The notes under the pieces were generated by a model, which saw nothing but the letters and a program-made list of their open reading frames with translations, was not told where the DNA came from and searched no databases. Shown here in pieces: positions 18,922 through 29,784 of a DNA stretch of 64,000 bases. This DNA is from Bacillota bacterium (GTDB lineage: Bacteria > Bacillota > Negativicutes > CTSoil-072), in assembly GCA_017889545.1 (NCBI GenBank), contig JAGFZV010000007.1, positions 82,435 through 146,434 on the forward strand, given 5' to 3'. Position numbers and translations under genes: made by a program. Each line of letters begins with the position of its first letter. Within the stretch, counting starts at the first letter, position 1.

Positions 18922-21900
18922 CGACTGACTACCTGGACAAAACGCAGTAAATTCACAGAAACAGCACCACTGTGAATTACATAAATAATCCGCCTCATCA
19001 TGATGGTCGGCAATGTAGGTGCAGGCGTTTGTAAGTTCCTGTTGGATATTCAACAACTGTTCATTTCCAACAGGAACTTCTGCGGTTTTGTCCAGCCGGA
19101 CAAAATACAGACGGGCATCCTTTACCGGCCGCTTATGTACAGCCTCCGCAGCCAGTGCATACAGCCCAAGCTGCCAGCGATATTCTTCCACTTTGGCAGC
19201 AAAGCCGGCCGAGTCGACAAGATCGGTTTTGTAATCGACAATGCCTAGCGTTCCATCCGGGTAAGCCAACAAACAATCTACACTGCCGGTAAACGAAAAT
19301 TGATTTAAATAATAGTTGAAACGCCATTCCCGACGCCAAATACGCTCCGTAATTCCGCGAAAAAAATCACTGCGGCGACATTGCAGCGCCAAAGGAACAG
19401 AAACCTTCGCCACTTCATCAACCCACTCCGCGGGCACCGCCTCGCGCGCCGCTGACATGAGCCGCTCCATTAAGTCGTCTTCCGGCCGCACAGTCTCATA
19501 AAAACGGTGAATTGCCAAACCCACCAAATGGGCAGGCGCACTTGCTCCCGGAGATGAAGCTGGCAAATGGGTGTCCAATGCTGGCATTCCTGCCACATAA
19601 CGATAGAAAAAAGCACGCGGGCAATGCCGGTATAATTGCAGCGAACTGGCTGAAAAAAAACGGACCGTATCCGGTTTTTGTTCTCTCACCGGTTTGAGCG
19701 CAGCTATGAAATCGCTGATTTCGCCAGGATCCGGAACAGCAATGTTTTGAATGCTGTCTTCCGGATCCATCGTTATGTCTGATAAGGAAACAGTCTCCGG
19801 TGCATCGCGATAAACAAGAATTTTCCCCTTTCCCGGCTGCAAAGCATCCGGCAAGGAATCAGCGTCTTCAAAACCGCAGATTTTCCCTAACCATTTAAAG
19901 AAGGTATTTAATTCCAGAAAGTCTTTTTGTACGGTGATTTTACTGGTTTCCATAATCGTATATAAAACCAAATAATCTTGGGCCCTGGTAACCGCTACAT
20001 AAAACAACCGTTTCATTTCTAAAAACGAGTATTTGCGTTCCCGCGCAGCAGCATCCTGGTATAAGCGGGTCGGCGCAATAGCCCCGGCACTATCCGGAAC
20101 TTTCAACCCAATACCCTGGGAGGGATCAAAGATCGCCAATGCCGTATCTTCATGAAAACGGCGCTGCAGCTCCGGCAAAAACACGACGGGAAACTGCAGG
20201 CCCTTTGCTTTGTGCACAGTCATCAGTTTGACCGTATCGCCGGCTTCGCTCTCAATCTGTTCTGCGCCTTCATCCGCTTGCTGACTTGCCAGTGTTTCAA
20301 TATATTGCAAAAAGTCGTTCAGTGTCGCAAAATCTTCTGCATGAAACTCTTCGGCAATCGCAATCAGTTTGTAAATGTTTGCATAAACTTGCAGCCCCAT
20401 AAACTCTGTCAGCGCCAATTCGGCATACCCGGTCTCCGCCAAAGCAAGTTTCAGCAAATCAGCCACTTTTACAAAACCGCAAAGATGACGCAATTTACTG
20501 ATCGTCTGCCAGGCCAAATGAGCAGCATTTTGTTGTTCCTCAGGCAATACTTGATTGCTTTTGACTTCTTTCAACCCTTGCCAGAGTGCTCCCCCTTGCA
20601 TTTTTAGATACAATAGAGTCTCGTCCGACAGCATAAAAAACGGGGAACGCAATACGCCGACAAGCGCCGTTTCGTTGTAGCAATTGTCTACAACCCGCAT
20701 AAGATTCAGCATATCGCAAATTTCCTGGCAGCGATAAAATCCCCGGCCGCCAAAAATATAATAGGGGATACGATTACGCTGCAGAGCAGCTTCGTATACC
20801 GGCATAGTTGCACTGGCAGAAAATAAAATCGCGATGTCACGGAAAGAAACCGGTCCTGTTTTTTCGCCTTGCCGGATAACGTTCTCGCGCCGATCAACCA
20901 TGGCCCGAATCCGCTGCGCCAGCGCCTCAGCTTGTTTTTCCACCCCTTCGTCCTCCGGGGCAAGGGAACCTTTGTCGATCACACGCAATTCAACACACGG
21001 AAGATCCTCCGAACAAAACCGGTGCGCCTGCAGATTGTTAAATTTCACCAAATCATCGCTCGTACCCATCAAATCCGCGAATACATCATTGAATACTTCC
21101 AGCAAGCCCGCAACCGATCGAAAATTAGTATCTAAATCCAGCAGCATCCCGCCGCCGGCGGCAATATCCCGGCAAACGCGGTCAAAAACGCTTACGTCCG
21201 CTCCCCGAAACCGGTAAATGGACTGTTTGGGATCGCCGACTACAAAGAGCTTTTCACCATACAGGATCTCAGCATCCCCGCCACAAAGCAAATACACAAT
21301 CTGTCGCTGCAAGTCGTTCGTATCCTGAAACTCATCGACCATCATGTGATGAATGCGTTCTTGATATTTTCGGCACACAGTTTTATTGTCATATAATAAT
21401 TTCCATGTTCGTTGTTCTAGATCATTATAGGTAAGCGCATGAAGACTGTTCTTCTTTTTGGCAAAATTCTCACTGATCTCCAGCAAATAATGATGAAGTG
21501 CCGGCATTAATTTTAAAGCGGTTTGCGTTAAGGCAAGCTGCTTCAAGTCTTCGTATCGTATCTGAATTTCTGCAACAATCTCCTTGTCCTTGGCACGGGT
21601 GGTCAAGCTGCCGAGATACTGTTCCAATGTATGCTCCGCCGACTGGCTATCATCACTATTGCCATACCGGTCAATCGCAGCCTCGACTTCCATCCAGTGT
21701 TCCCTTATATTCTCAACCGTCATGGCATGCAAAGTCTTTTTTCCATTGCCGGAATTTGCCGCAAGCAGATCCTGGCATGCTGTTTTTAGTTTTTCTTTAA
21801 TTGATGCTTCTTGGTTCAGACCCTGCCGATAAGGCGTTAATAAGCTTTCCAGATCGAATTGTTGCAACGCGATTTGCAATTCGCATTTTTTATATAAAGT

Positions 21901-22413
21901 TACAAACGCACCCGATAAGCTTTTTTTGCCATAAGAATAAGCGAGCTTATCCAACCATTCTGCGCCGGTGTTGGCTCCCCGCCGTAAAACGTCATTGACT
22001 GTTTCCTTCAGCAATAAATCCGCCTGCACCTCATCCAATACGCTAAAATTCGGATCAAGTACCGCCTCTACGGGATTATCCCGCAAAATTCGCCCGCACA
22101 AACTATGGATTGTCGAAATCGGCGCATACTCAAGCTGTTGTTTGGTTTTTTCCAAAAACACCTGTTCATTGCCGCTGTGAGAATCCTTCAACAAAATTTT
22201 AATCTGGTCCCGAATTCTCTCTTTCATTTCTTTGGCCGCTTTATTCGTAAAAGTAACCGCAAAAATATTATCGCAGTTTGATTTTTGGGTGCGTAAAATA
22301 TGAACGTATCGTTCTACTAATACCCTGGTTTTCCCTGAACCGGCACCGGCAGCCAAAGCCATATTGCCAATATAAGTAATTGCTGTTTGTTGCACAGGTG
22401 TATAATTATTCAT
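18913..22413 (-). CDS. addA: ATP-dependent helicase/nuclease subunit A (AddA/RexA; UvrD-like helicase plus C-terminal RecB-family nuclease)
   Basis: Start at MNNYTPVQQTAI (22413), overlapping addB by 8 nt. GAGSGKT Walker A, UvrD motifs, C-terminal IVDYKTD nuclease motif. Ends with a Cys-rich tail CNSQWCCFCEFTAFCPGSQSLC. Confidence 0.85.
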   Translation of the reverse strand: MNNYTPVQQTAITYIGNMALAAGAGSGKTRVLVERYVHILRTQKSNCDNIFAVTFTNKAAKEMKERIRDQIKILLKDSHSGNEQVFLEKTKQQLEYAPISTIHSLCGRILRDNPVEAVLDPNFSVLDEVQADLLLKETVNDVLRRGANTGAEWLDKLAYSYGKKSLSGAFVTLYKKCELQIALQQFDLESLLTPYRQGLNQEASIKEKLKTACQDLLAANSGNGKKTLHAMTVENIREHWMEVEAAIDRYGNSDDSQSAEHTLEQYLGSLTTRAKDKEIVAEIQIRYEDLKQLALTQTALKLMPALHHYLLEISENFAKKKNSLHALTYNDLEQRTWKLLYDNKTVCRKYQERIHHMMVDEFQDTNDLQRQIVYLLCGGDAEILYGEKLFVVGDPKQSIYRFRGADVSVFDRVCRDIAAGGGMLLDLDTNFRSVAGLLEVFNDVFADLMGTSDDLVKFNNLQAHRFCSEDLPCVELRVIDKGSLAPEDEGVEKQAEALAQRIRAMVDRRENVIRQGEKTGPVSFRDIAILFSASATMPVYEAALQRNRIPYYIFGGRGFYRCQEICDMLNLMRVVDNCYNETALVGVLRSPFFMLSDETLLYLKMQGGALWQGLKEVKSNQVLPEEQQNAAHLAWQTISKLRHLCGFVKVADLLKLALAETGYAELALTEFMGLQVYANIYKLIAIAEEFHAEDFATLNDFLQYIETLASQQADEGAEQIESEAGDTVKLMTVHKAKGLQFPVVFLPELQRRFHEDTALAIFDPSQGIGLKVPDSAGAIAPTRLYQDAAARERKYSFLEMKRLFYVAVTRAQDYLVLYTIMETSKITVQKDFLELNTFFKWLGKICGFEDADSLPDALQPGKGKILVYRDAPETVSLSDITMDPEDSIQNIAVPDPGEISDFIAALKPVREQKPDTVRFFSASSLQLYRHCPRAFFYRYVAGMPALDTHLPASSPGASAPAHLVGLAIHRFYETVRPEDDLMERLMSAAREAVPAEWVDEVAKVSVPLALQCRRSDFFRGITERIWRREWRFNYYLNQFSFTGSVDCLLAYPDGTLGIVDYKTDLVDSAGFAAKVEEYRWQLGLYALAAEAVHKRPVKDARLYFVRLDKTAEVPVGNEQLLNIQQELTNACTYIADHHDEADYLCNSQWCCFCEFTAFCPGSQSLC

Positions 22414-25400
22414 ATTTTCCTTCCTCCCGCGACTTGGCAGCCATCCGGTATTTATCATAACGACAGATGTCTTTCGCCGGGCAATAATTCGAACATGATC
22501 GTCCCGGCAATACCGGAAAGCAAGCTGCACGAATGTTGTTTGCATATTGTACGGCATACGATATGACAGCCGTTTGCAAATCATTCCAGCCGTCTTCATC
22601 CAAATCACCGCTGCGTTTTTTCTTGCGAAAAGCCATCCCGGAAGTCATTTCTTTTCTCCACATGCCGCCATCTTTCTTACACCCTTCAATCGAATAATAA
22701 CCGCCGCCGGCAGTTTTTCTGCCGGTTTTAGTCCCTAATTGACGTTCAACAGCCAAAATATATAGAGCAATCTGTAAATCCACCCCTGCTTTCAGGTCAC
22801 TAAAACCAGGGCAGCGGCTTCGTTTATAATCGGTAACGACGTAGGTCCCATCGCAAAGATCAATTCGGTCAATCTTCCCCCTGACAGTCACCGTTCCGGC
22901 AGCCGCATTCAGTTCCAAAGATTCAAAATCCCATTCCAAACAGTGCGGCCTGCCCACAGCTCCTTCCGCTGTTTGCTCCGCAATTTCAAAGTCCAGCCAA
23001 CGTCTTACTACTTCCGTAAAATGATGCTGATCATATTTCCACAAATCTCCATAAACCATTTTCCCTTGTTTAATCAATCTGTCATAAGAAACTCTTAATA
23101 AATCATCCAGTTCCTGATGATACTCATCAATTTTTACCGGATTCAGCAGTTCATCACGATGCAATTGCATGAATTCCGCTAAAACCGCATGATAGAGGGT
23201 GCCTTCCACATCAAGCCCCAATTCTTCGTCTTGTTCCTCCCATCCATCCAGTTGCAGCAAATACTGGGCGAAATAAGCAAAAGGGCATTTGGCATATGAT
23301 TCCAACGCAGAAATACTGAACGATCCTTTGGTTTCGACGATCTGTCGACAAGCAGCGGTTATTTCCTCAGTTTTCAACACCCCATCATATTCGGAAAAAT
23401 GCGAACTGCGACGAACCAGCATTACCGCAAATCTTCGTTTAAACTCTTCACTCAGACAATGATGCCAAACAAATCCTACCGCTTCTTTGGGCACGGTTGA
23501 ACGCGAACCCGGCGCAGCGAAAAATTCCGTCAACGTTTTGCCAATCAATTCCTCTCGGCTGCCGATTTTTTTGTAATCCGCAGTAAACCATTCATTTAAA
23601 TCAAATTTAGTAACCGGCACGCTTCCATCAGCAAATAGACGCACCACTTCCTCAAGATAAGGCGATGGCAATCGATCCTGGTCTTCCAGGCAACTGAGAA
23701 CCAACCGTTCATCAGCCATCGCAACTGAGATGGCAAAATAAAGGTCTTCCTGTGCTCGCTGCAGACTTTCAGTAGACATCGTAATGCCCAAATCAACAAG
23801 CTGACGGCGTTCCGCTTCATTATAAAGCCAATTTTCACGCTGATGTTGGGGAAATTCACCTTCCGTAAGGCCGAGAACGAATACGACTGGAAAACGCACG
23901 CCTCTCACAGCCGTTGGACTCACAACCTGTACCCCGCTGGAATCCCGATGTTCCAAGCGAACATTCCGCCCCCCGACTGCCTGTTGAAAAAACCGTAAAA
24001 AATCAGTAATCGTTATCGCATCTTGTTCTTTTCCTAACAATTCAAATCCATGAACCAGATCGTCAAGAGCGGTTTCAACTTCCACAATGGTCTGCAGTTC
24101 CGCTTTAAGCAACGATAAAGGCAAAACTCCTTCCCGATACAACGAACCCATTTTTTCCGGGAGTGATAAGGCTCTTATCAGCGTTTTTACGGAATTTGCA
24201 AAGACAGCACAAGAACCCTTGCCGGGCAACCCCGTCGCTAATTTTTGCAGCTGCATAAATTTGTTCTTGTAATCCGCTCCCGCATCTCCGGGGAAAGTTT
24301 CCTGTATATTTTTTATCCATTCGCTCCAATTTCGAATCACTTTTGTCAACAGCCTGCATTCCAGCATATCGGCGTCCAGTCCCAAACAGACCGGCGCCAA
24401 CGGCGACTTCAAAAGATTTTTTACCGTGTGACGTTCCCCGCCGTTTATCTGAGCGACAAAACAATTCAAGATAAATTGCACCAATGGCCGGCCAATCACC
24501 GTTTCATCCCATGATATGCTGACAGGCACGCCAACCCGGTCGAATGCGGTTCGCAGATCATGGTACATATTCGGATCGCGAACTACCGCAGCGATGTCTT
24601 GGGGACGGTATTTTCCGGTTTGCAAAAGCATTTTTATCTGATTAGCCACTTCGAACATTTCTTTTCCCCGTCTTGGGCTGCTGAGTGCTGCAACACGGCC
24701 GTCTGCCCCTGCAATAGGCGATCGTCCGGAAAATAAATGTTCTCGAATATAATCAAGCACAGACTTCCCTGCTTGCGCTTGCACATAGTTGGCGGTAAAA
24801 CCATTGCCAATCAGTGTATTTACTGTGTCCTCGGCCGCAGTGTACAACCGGGAACGGTTTTTTTCATAAAGTAATGCAATATCCACCGGTATGCTGTGGC
24901 TTAATTGCAGCAATACTTTAATCTGCAGTGACGTAAGAATATAAAATTCACTCACATACAAATGCCTGTAGGACAACGTGACTGTTCCGGTTTCTAAAGC
25001 TTCGGCAGCCAAAAGGTACATCTCCTCTAAATCAGCAAGATCCAGCGCAGTCAACGCTTGCTGGTAGGCTGCATAGATTAGCGCCACTTCCTGGTCCTTT
25101 TCTGTCATTCCCTTAGCTTCAACTGCTCCACGAAACTCTTGCGGCGAAGTCCCTGATCGTTTTATTTCGCCCAGTAAATCAGTTACGGTGCTAATATATC
25201 CGGGAAAAGCAGCAATGTTGCTAAAATACGGCAATTGATTTTGTTCTGCCAAGACACTTAAGATATGTCCGACCAGCATCTCTTGCGTTAACCGGTCTAC
25301 CCGTACCCGCCGTATACCGGCTTGCCGCAAAATATCGGATACTAACTCATCAAAAGATAATAATTTCAACTGCTCATGACCAACGCAGCAAGCGCTCATC

Positions 25401-25519
25401 TTTTCCCGGACTTGATTTAGCAAAAAGGAACTGGGCAGCAAAAATACCGAATGATGATAATCAAGAATAAATTGATCCCTTCTGCTGTCTCCCAGTGGTA
25501 AACAATGCAACTTCAGCAT
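22406..25519 (-). CDS. addB: Helicase/nuclease subunit B (AddB/RexB-like) with an iron-staple nuclease domain; the N-terminal Walker A is apparently degenerate
   Basis: 1037 aa. C-terminal VTDYKRS nuclease motif flanked by Cys residues (SYAKCPFAYF ... CSNYCPAKDIC), the AddB Fe-S staple arrangement. No GxGK[ST] in the first 100 aa. Confidence 0.75.
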   Translation of the reverse strand: MLKLHCLPLGDSRRDQFILDYHHSVFLLPSSFLLNQVREKMSACCVGHEQLKLLSFDELVSDILRQAGIRRVRVDRLTQEMLVGHILSVLAEQNQLPYFSNIAAFPGYISTVTDLLGEIKRSGTSPQEFRGAVEAKGMTEKDQEVALIYAAYQQALTALDLADLEEMYLLAAEALETGTVTLSYRHLYVSEFYILTSLQIKVLLQLSHSIPVDIALLYEKNRSRLYTAAEDTVNTLIGNGFTANYVQAQAGKSVLDYIREHLFSGRSPIAGADGRVAALSSPRRGKEMFEVANQIKMLLQTGKYRPQDIAAVVRDPNMYHDLRTAFDRVGVPVSISWDETVIGRPLVQFILNCFVAQINGGERHTVKNLLKSPLAPVCLGLDADMLECRLLTKVIRNWSEWIKNIQETFPGDAGADYKNKFMQLQKLATGLPGKGSCAVFANSVKTLIRALSLPEKMGSLYREGVLPLSLLKAELQTIVEVETALDDLVHGFELLGKEQDAITITDFLRFFQQAVGGRNVRLEHRDSSGVQVVSPTAVRGVRFPVVFVLGLTEGEFPQHQRENWLYNEAERRQLVDLGITMSTESLQRAQEDLYFAISVAMADERLVLSCLEDQDRLPSPYLEEVVRLFADGSVPVTKFDLNEWFTADYKKIGSREELIGKTLTEFFAAPGSRSTVPKEAVGFVWHHCLSEEFKRRFAVMLVRRSSHFSEYDGVLKTEEITAACRQIVETKGSFSISALESYAKCPFAYFAQYLLQLDGWEEQDEELGLDVEGTLYHAVLAEFMQLHRDELLNPVKIDEYHQELDDLLRVSYDRLIKQGKMVYGDLWKYDQHHFTEVVRRWLDFEIAEQTAEGAVGRPHCLEWDFESLELNAAAGTVTVRGKIDRIDLCDGTYVVTDYKRSRCPGFSDLKAGVDLQIALYILAVERQLGTKTGRKTAGGGYYSIEGCKKDGGMWRKEMTSGMAFRKKKRSGDLDEDGWNDLQTAVISYAVQYANNIRAACFPVLPGRSCSNYCPAKDICRYDKYRMAAKSREEGKYE

Positions 25520-25644
25520 GATGCGCCTCCTGACCTAAAAAGCCAATTCTGTTATAGTATATTATCCTCCAAAACCGCATGGTCCTGCCAAAACGAAAAA
25601 ATAACCCCTGCCCGAGTAACCGGTCAGAGGCGTTTTGCAAAAGC

Positions 25645-26106
25645 TCACGAATTAGGCAATATCTTCACCATGGCAATTTCATCACAATTAGGGAATTTAG
25701 CACAATTGATACATTCTTTCCAAACTTTGTGCGACAAAGTTTCTTTAGGCTTTTCAACAAACCCCAATTTCGCAAAAAAACCTGGCTGATATGTCAACGC
25801 ATACAAAGTTACAACACCAATCGCCAGAGCTTCTTCTGTCAGTTTCTCTACGATCATTCTGCCAATACCGGTTCGCGCCATAGAAGGCGCTACCGCCAGC
25901 GCTCGTATTTCTCCCAGTTCGTCCCAACAGGTATGCAGAGCGCCAACTCCAACAATTACGCCATTTTCTTCCGCCAAGGTGAACTCGCGAAGACTTTCAT
26001 ACAGCGTATTTCTTGACCTGGCTAACATTAGTCCTTTGTCGGCATAATCATTAATTAAAGCATATATCGCTTCCACATCGCTGAATTTGGCTTTGCGAAG
26101 GATCAT
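25645..26106 (-). CDS. GNAT-family N-acetyltransferase (short NAGS-like)
   Basis: About 153 aa. GVGALH...RTGIGRMIVEKL acetyl-CoA binding motif. C-terminal CINCAKFPNC. Confidence 0.65.
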   Translation of the reverse strand: MILRKAKFSDVEAIYALINDYADKGLMLARSRNTLYESLREFTLAEENGVIVGVGALHTCWDELGEIRALAVAPSMARTGIGRMIVEKLTEEALAIGVVTLYALTYQPGFFAKLGFVEKPKETLSHKVWKECINCAKFPNCDEIAMVKILPNS

Positions 26107-26153
26107 ATTCATCACTCCTATCGTCATGAATAATTATAACATTATATAAATAT

Positions 26154-26849
26154 TTATACAATATCATGTTGTTTCATTTTCACTGAAAAACCATATTCTG
26201 CAGCGCTTGGACATAGCGTATTGACGGGGCAGACAGAACATTGAGGATTTCTAGCCTTGCAAATCTTCCGGCCATGCCAAATTAACCAGTGGTGTGCATC
26301 TCCCCATTTTTCTTGAGGAATAATCTTCATCAAATCTTCTTCAACAAGCCGCGGTGTTTTGCCCGAAGCCAGCTGCAACCGATTGGCGACACGAAAAACG
26401 TGGGTATCCACAGCAATAGCAGGAACATGAAATAATTGACTTAAAACGACGTTCGCAGTCTTCCGGCCAACACCCGGCAAGGCAATCAATTCCGAAAAGG
26501 CAGCAGGAACCCGGCCTGCATATTCTTCACTGATCTTCCGGCAAGCCGCCAGAATATTGCGGGCTTTGCTGCGGTAAAGACCGCAATCCCGAATGGCTTC
26601 CTCCAATTGTTCCTGTGTTAAGGTCAACATTTTTTCCGGAGAATCATAAACCGGAAATAACCGTGGAGTGATCATATTCACCCGCGTATCTGTGCATTGC
26701 GCCGACAAAATTACGGCAATCAATAATTCGAAAGGGCTCGAATATGCAAGCCCAGTCGTCGATCCTTCATAATACTTTTCCAAAATAAGCAATATTTTTT
26801 CTTTCGTTATTGAAGTGATCATCGTCATTTCTCCACTGACAGTTTCCAA
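26154..26849 (-). CDS. nth: Endonuclease III (DNA-(apurinic/apyrimidinic site) lyase)
   Basis: HhH-GPD motif LPGVGRKTANVV. C-terminal 4Fe-4S loop C-x6-C-x2-C-x5-C (CKARNPQCSVCPVNTLC). True start probably at MITSITKE (about 26822). Confidence 0.85.
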   Translation of the reverse strand: METVSGEMTMITSITKEKILLILEKYYEGSTTGLAYSSPFELLIAVILSAQCTDTRVNMITPRLFPVYDSPEKMLTLTQEQLEEAIRDCGLYRSKARNILAACRKISEEYAGRVPAAFSELIALPGVGRKTANVVLSQLFHVPAIAVDTHVFRVANRLQLASGKTPRLVEEDLMKIIPQEKWGDAHHWLIWHGRKICKARNPQCSVCPVNTLCPSAAEYGFSVKMKQHDIV

Positions 26850-26855
26850 GTCCGC

Positions 26856-27896
26856 CTATTTGCCGAACGGACAAACAGGATAGGTGCAAGGTTTGCAATT
26901 CAAACACAAACCGCCATAGCCCATCGAGGCAAAATCAAGTTTTGACAGCCATTCTCCCGCCAATACGCGCGGAAATACGAAATCAAACACAGTAATCTTG
27001 GCATACATGCCGCAGCCCGGCATGCCCATGATGACAGTATCACCGTGATATGCAAGCATAAACATTGCCCCGGGCAATACCGGCGTCCCATAGGTAACGA
27101 CTTGCGCACCCGTAGCCCGGATCGCATCCGGCGTAACATCGTCAGGATCAACGGACATTCCACCGGTAGCAATAATGACATCCATTCCGCGTTTTTTGAA
27201 TTCCATAATGGAATCCCGGATACGATCACGATCATCGGGCTGAAAAACAATATCAACCATTGTTGCCCCGTATGACGCTACTTTGTCCGCAAAAACCGGC
27301 GCATACCGATCTTTGATACGGCCATAATATACTTCATTCCCAGTTATAATCGCGCCGACTTTCAAGTTGCGAAGCGGTTTCACGGAAATAATTCCCGTAT
27401 ATTGGTCCGCAATGTTTTCAACAGATAACACGACGGTTTTATCCACTACCAGAGGAACAACCTTAATGCCCGCCAGCAAATCGCCGCGCTTGACCAATAT
27501 ATTATCATGGCGCGTGGATACTACTGCATTTTCAACCGTGTTAATTGCCGTGACTGCGTGACGGTTTACTTTTAATAAACCGTCGATTTGCGCCTTGATA
27601 TTGATCCGGCCTTCCGACGGTTCCGTCAGCAGAACATTTTCACCGGCCACCGCTTGAGCTATTCGGGCTATCGCATCATTTTCGTGCATTTGACCGGGCA
27701 GAAGATCAATCAGATAAATGTGATCTTTGCCGATGTTTTTTAAATGCGGAATATCTTCATCACAAATAACATGCCCTTTCTTAAACAAGGGCCCTTTATA
27801 TTCCCCCGGTACAATTTTGGATAAATCATGTCCAATAATCATACCTACAGCATCTTCTGTCCGCACTTTCCGTATAGTCACTGACAATCCCTCCAT
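26856..27896 (-). CDS. Molybdopterin-binding (MoCF-biosynthesis/CinA-type fold) domain protein with a C-terminal Cys cluster
   Basis: 346 aa. C-terminal half has the MoeA/MogA-like motif VIIATGGMSVDPDDVTPDA. Ends with CLNCKPCTYPVCPFGK. Confidence 0.55.
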   Translation of the reverse strand: MEGLSVTIRKVRTEDAVGMIIGHDLSKIVPGEYKGPLFKKGHVICDEDIPHLKNIGKDHIYLIDLLPGQMHENDAIARIAQAVAGENVLLTEPSEGRINIKAQIDGLLKVNRHAVTAINTVENAVVSTRHDNILVKRGDLLAGIKVVPLVVDKTVVLSVENIADQYTGIISVKPLRNLKVGAIITGNEVYYGRIKDRYAPVFADKVASYGATMVDIVFQPDDRDRIRDSIMEFKKRGMDVIIATGGMSVDPDDVTPDAIRATGAQVVTYGTPVLPGAMFMLAYHGDTVIMGMPGCGMYAKITVFDFVFPRVLAGEWLSKLDFASMGYGGLCLNCKPCTYPVCPFGK

Positions 27897-27910
27897 GACT
27901 AAGCAAACAT

Positions 27911-29269
27911 TTAGTTCGTTAAACTGCGTATCGGTGCAGGAATTCTTCCTCCCCGGGCGATAAAATCCTCCGCTTTGAATGGATTCACTTTTAAAATCGG
28001 ACTATAGCCCAGCAAACCGCCAAATTCAACACTATCGCCAACTTTTTTGCCGGGTACTGGGATAATGCGAACCGCGGTTGTCTTATTATTAATCATGCCG
28101 ATTGCCGCTTCGTCGGCAATAATTCCCGAAATCGTCGCCGCCGAAGTATCGCCGGGAACGGCAATCATGTCTAACCCAACGGAGCAGACACACGTCATCG
28201 CTTCCAATTTTTCAAGACTGAGACTGCCGCATTCAACAGCGGCAATCATGCCCGCATCTTCGCTGACAGGAATAAACGCACCGCTTAATCCGCCAACAAA
28301 CGAAGAGGCCATCAATCCGCCTTTTTTCACCGCATCGTTCAACAGCGCCAATGCCGCCGTTGTTCCCGGTGCGCCGCAGCTCTCCAAACCCATCTCCTCA
28401 AGGATGTGGGCAACGCTGTCTCCTACTGCCGGAGTCGGCGCGAGGGAAAGATCAATGATCCCAAAAGGGACGCCCATCCGCCGTGAAGCTTCCTGCGCCA
28501 CCAATTGTCCAACGCGGGTTATTTTGAAGGCGGTCCGTTTAATCATCTCGGCTACTACGCCAAAGTCTTTGCCTTTCACATCTTCCAATGCTCTTTTTAC
28601 AACACCGGGGCCGCTAACACCAACATTGATCGCCGTTTCTGCTTCGCCGACGCCATGAAAAGCGCCTGCCATAAACGGATTGTCTTCCGGAACATTCGCA
28701 AAAACGACAAGTTTTGCGCAGCCGATTGCATCCCTATCACGGGTTAATTCAGCAATTCGTTTGATTGTTTCTCCCATTTCACGAACACAGTCCATATTGA
28801 TGCCGGCCTTCGTAGATGCAAGATTAACGGAAGCGCATACCCTGTCTGTTTGCGCCAATGCTTCCGGCAAGGATGCAATCAGAACCCGATCGCCTTTTGT
28901 ATAGCCTTTTTCTACCAAGGCGCTGAAACCGCCGATAAAGTTTACTCCGACGGTTTTCGCTGCTCGATCCAGTGCCTGAGCCACAGGAACATAACTGTCC
29001 GTACGGCAGCTTTCCGCTGCAATCGCAATGGGAGTCACTGAAATTCGCTTATTAATAATTGGTATGCCATACTCCGCCTCAATGTCTTCGCCTACACGCA
29101 CCAGGTGTTCAGCTGTTCTGGTTATTTTGTCATATATATTGCGACAGAAAATATCTGTATCAGGGTGGGCGCAATCCCGCAAACTGATTCCCAGCGTGAT
29201 CGTCCGGACATCCAGCTTATTTTCTTCAATCATCCGGTTTGTTTCTAAAATATCTTGGATCGTCGACAT
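27911..29269 (-). CDS. UPF0210 (DUF711, PFL-like) family protein
   Basis: 452 aa. Conserved UPF0210 blocks ([37 protein letters not shown]). Followed immediately by its usual ACT-domain partner. Confidence 0.8.
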   Translation of the reverse strand: MSTIQDILETNRMIEENKLDVRTITLGISLRDCAHPDTDIFCRNIYDKITRTAEHLVRVGEDIEAEYGIPIINKRISVTPIAIAAESCRTDSYVPVAQALDRAAKTVGVNFIGGFSALVEKGYTKGDRVLIASLPEALAQTDRVCASVNLASTKAGINMDCVREMGETIKRIAELTRDRDAIGCAKLVVFANVPEDNPFMAGAFHGVGEAETAINVGVSGPGVVKRALEDVKGKDFGVVAEMIKRTAFKITRVGQLVAQEASRRMGVPFGIIDLSLAPTPAVGDSVAHILEEMGLESCGAPGTTAALALLNDAVKKGGLMASSFVGGLSGAFIPVSEDAGMIAAVECGSLSLEKLEAMTCVCSVGLDMIAVPGDTSAATISGIIADEAAIGMINNKTTAVRIIPVPGKKVGDSVEFGGLLGYSPILKVNPFKAEDFIARGGRIPAPIRSLTN

Positions 29270-29296
29270 AATATCCTCCTTTTCACGCTTGTTAAA

Positions 29297-29566
29297 CTAT
29301 ATTCGATGCATAATTTCAAAAATCGCTTCGTGCTGCACCTTAATATCCAGTCCCATTTCATTGCCCTTCTCACTCAAAATGCGCTGCAATTCTTTTAAAC
29401 TGACTTGCGCATTCGACATATCGGCAATCATAACCATATTAAAAAATCCATCAACAATATTTTGATTGATATTTAAAATATTAATCTTATTTTCCGCCAG
29501 CACATTGCTCGCCATCGCAATGATTCCCACCCTATCCTGACCAACAATTGTTATTACGACTTTCAT
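29297..29566 (-). CDS. UPF0237 ACT-domain protein (partner of UPF0210)
   Basis: About 89 aa from MKVVITIVGQDRVGIIA, an ACT fold. Confidence 0.75.
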   Translation of the reverse strand: MKVVITIVGQDRVGIIAMASNVLAENKINILNINQNIVDGFFNMVMIADMSNAQVSLKELQRILSEKGNEMGLDIKVQHEAIFEIMHRI

Positions 29567-29653
29567 ACGATCACGCTCCATCGAAAATTCTCCTTCTTTA
29601 AAGGATTATCAGTAATCATACCATATTCAGATCGTAAAACCAAGTCTGCATCA

Positions 29654-29689
29654 CGTTATTTCCGTTATTTCCGTTATTTCCGTTCTTTG
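29654..29689. repeat. Tandem 9-mer repeat (CGTTATTTC x3, plus one degenerate copy)
   Basis: Read directly: cgttatttc cgttatttc cgttatttc cgttctttg. Sits just upstream of the TTGACA-17-TACGAT promoter at 29718-29746. Confidence 0.8.
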
Positions 29690-29784
29690 CCTGTTGTCTT
29701 CGCATAATTGCTCTTCGTTGACATGATAGTCATAATTTGATACGATTTGCTCAAGAAAATAAGTTGAAAGCAGGTAACAGAATC

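Noticed and set aside
19000-22180. Multiple 60-150 aa plus-strand ORFs inside addA
   Set aside because: All antisense to addA. Compositional artefacts.
25520-25644. Terminator hairpin after the GNAT gene
   Set aside because: A T-rich tract exists on the minus strand, but I could not find a convincing complementary stem.
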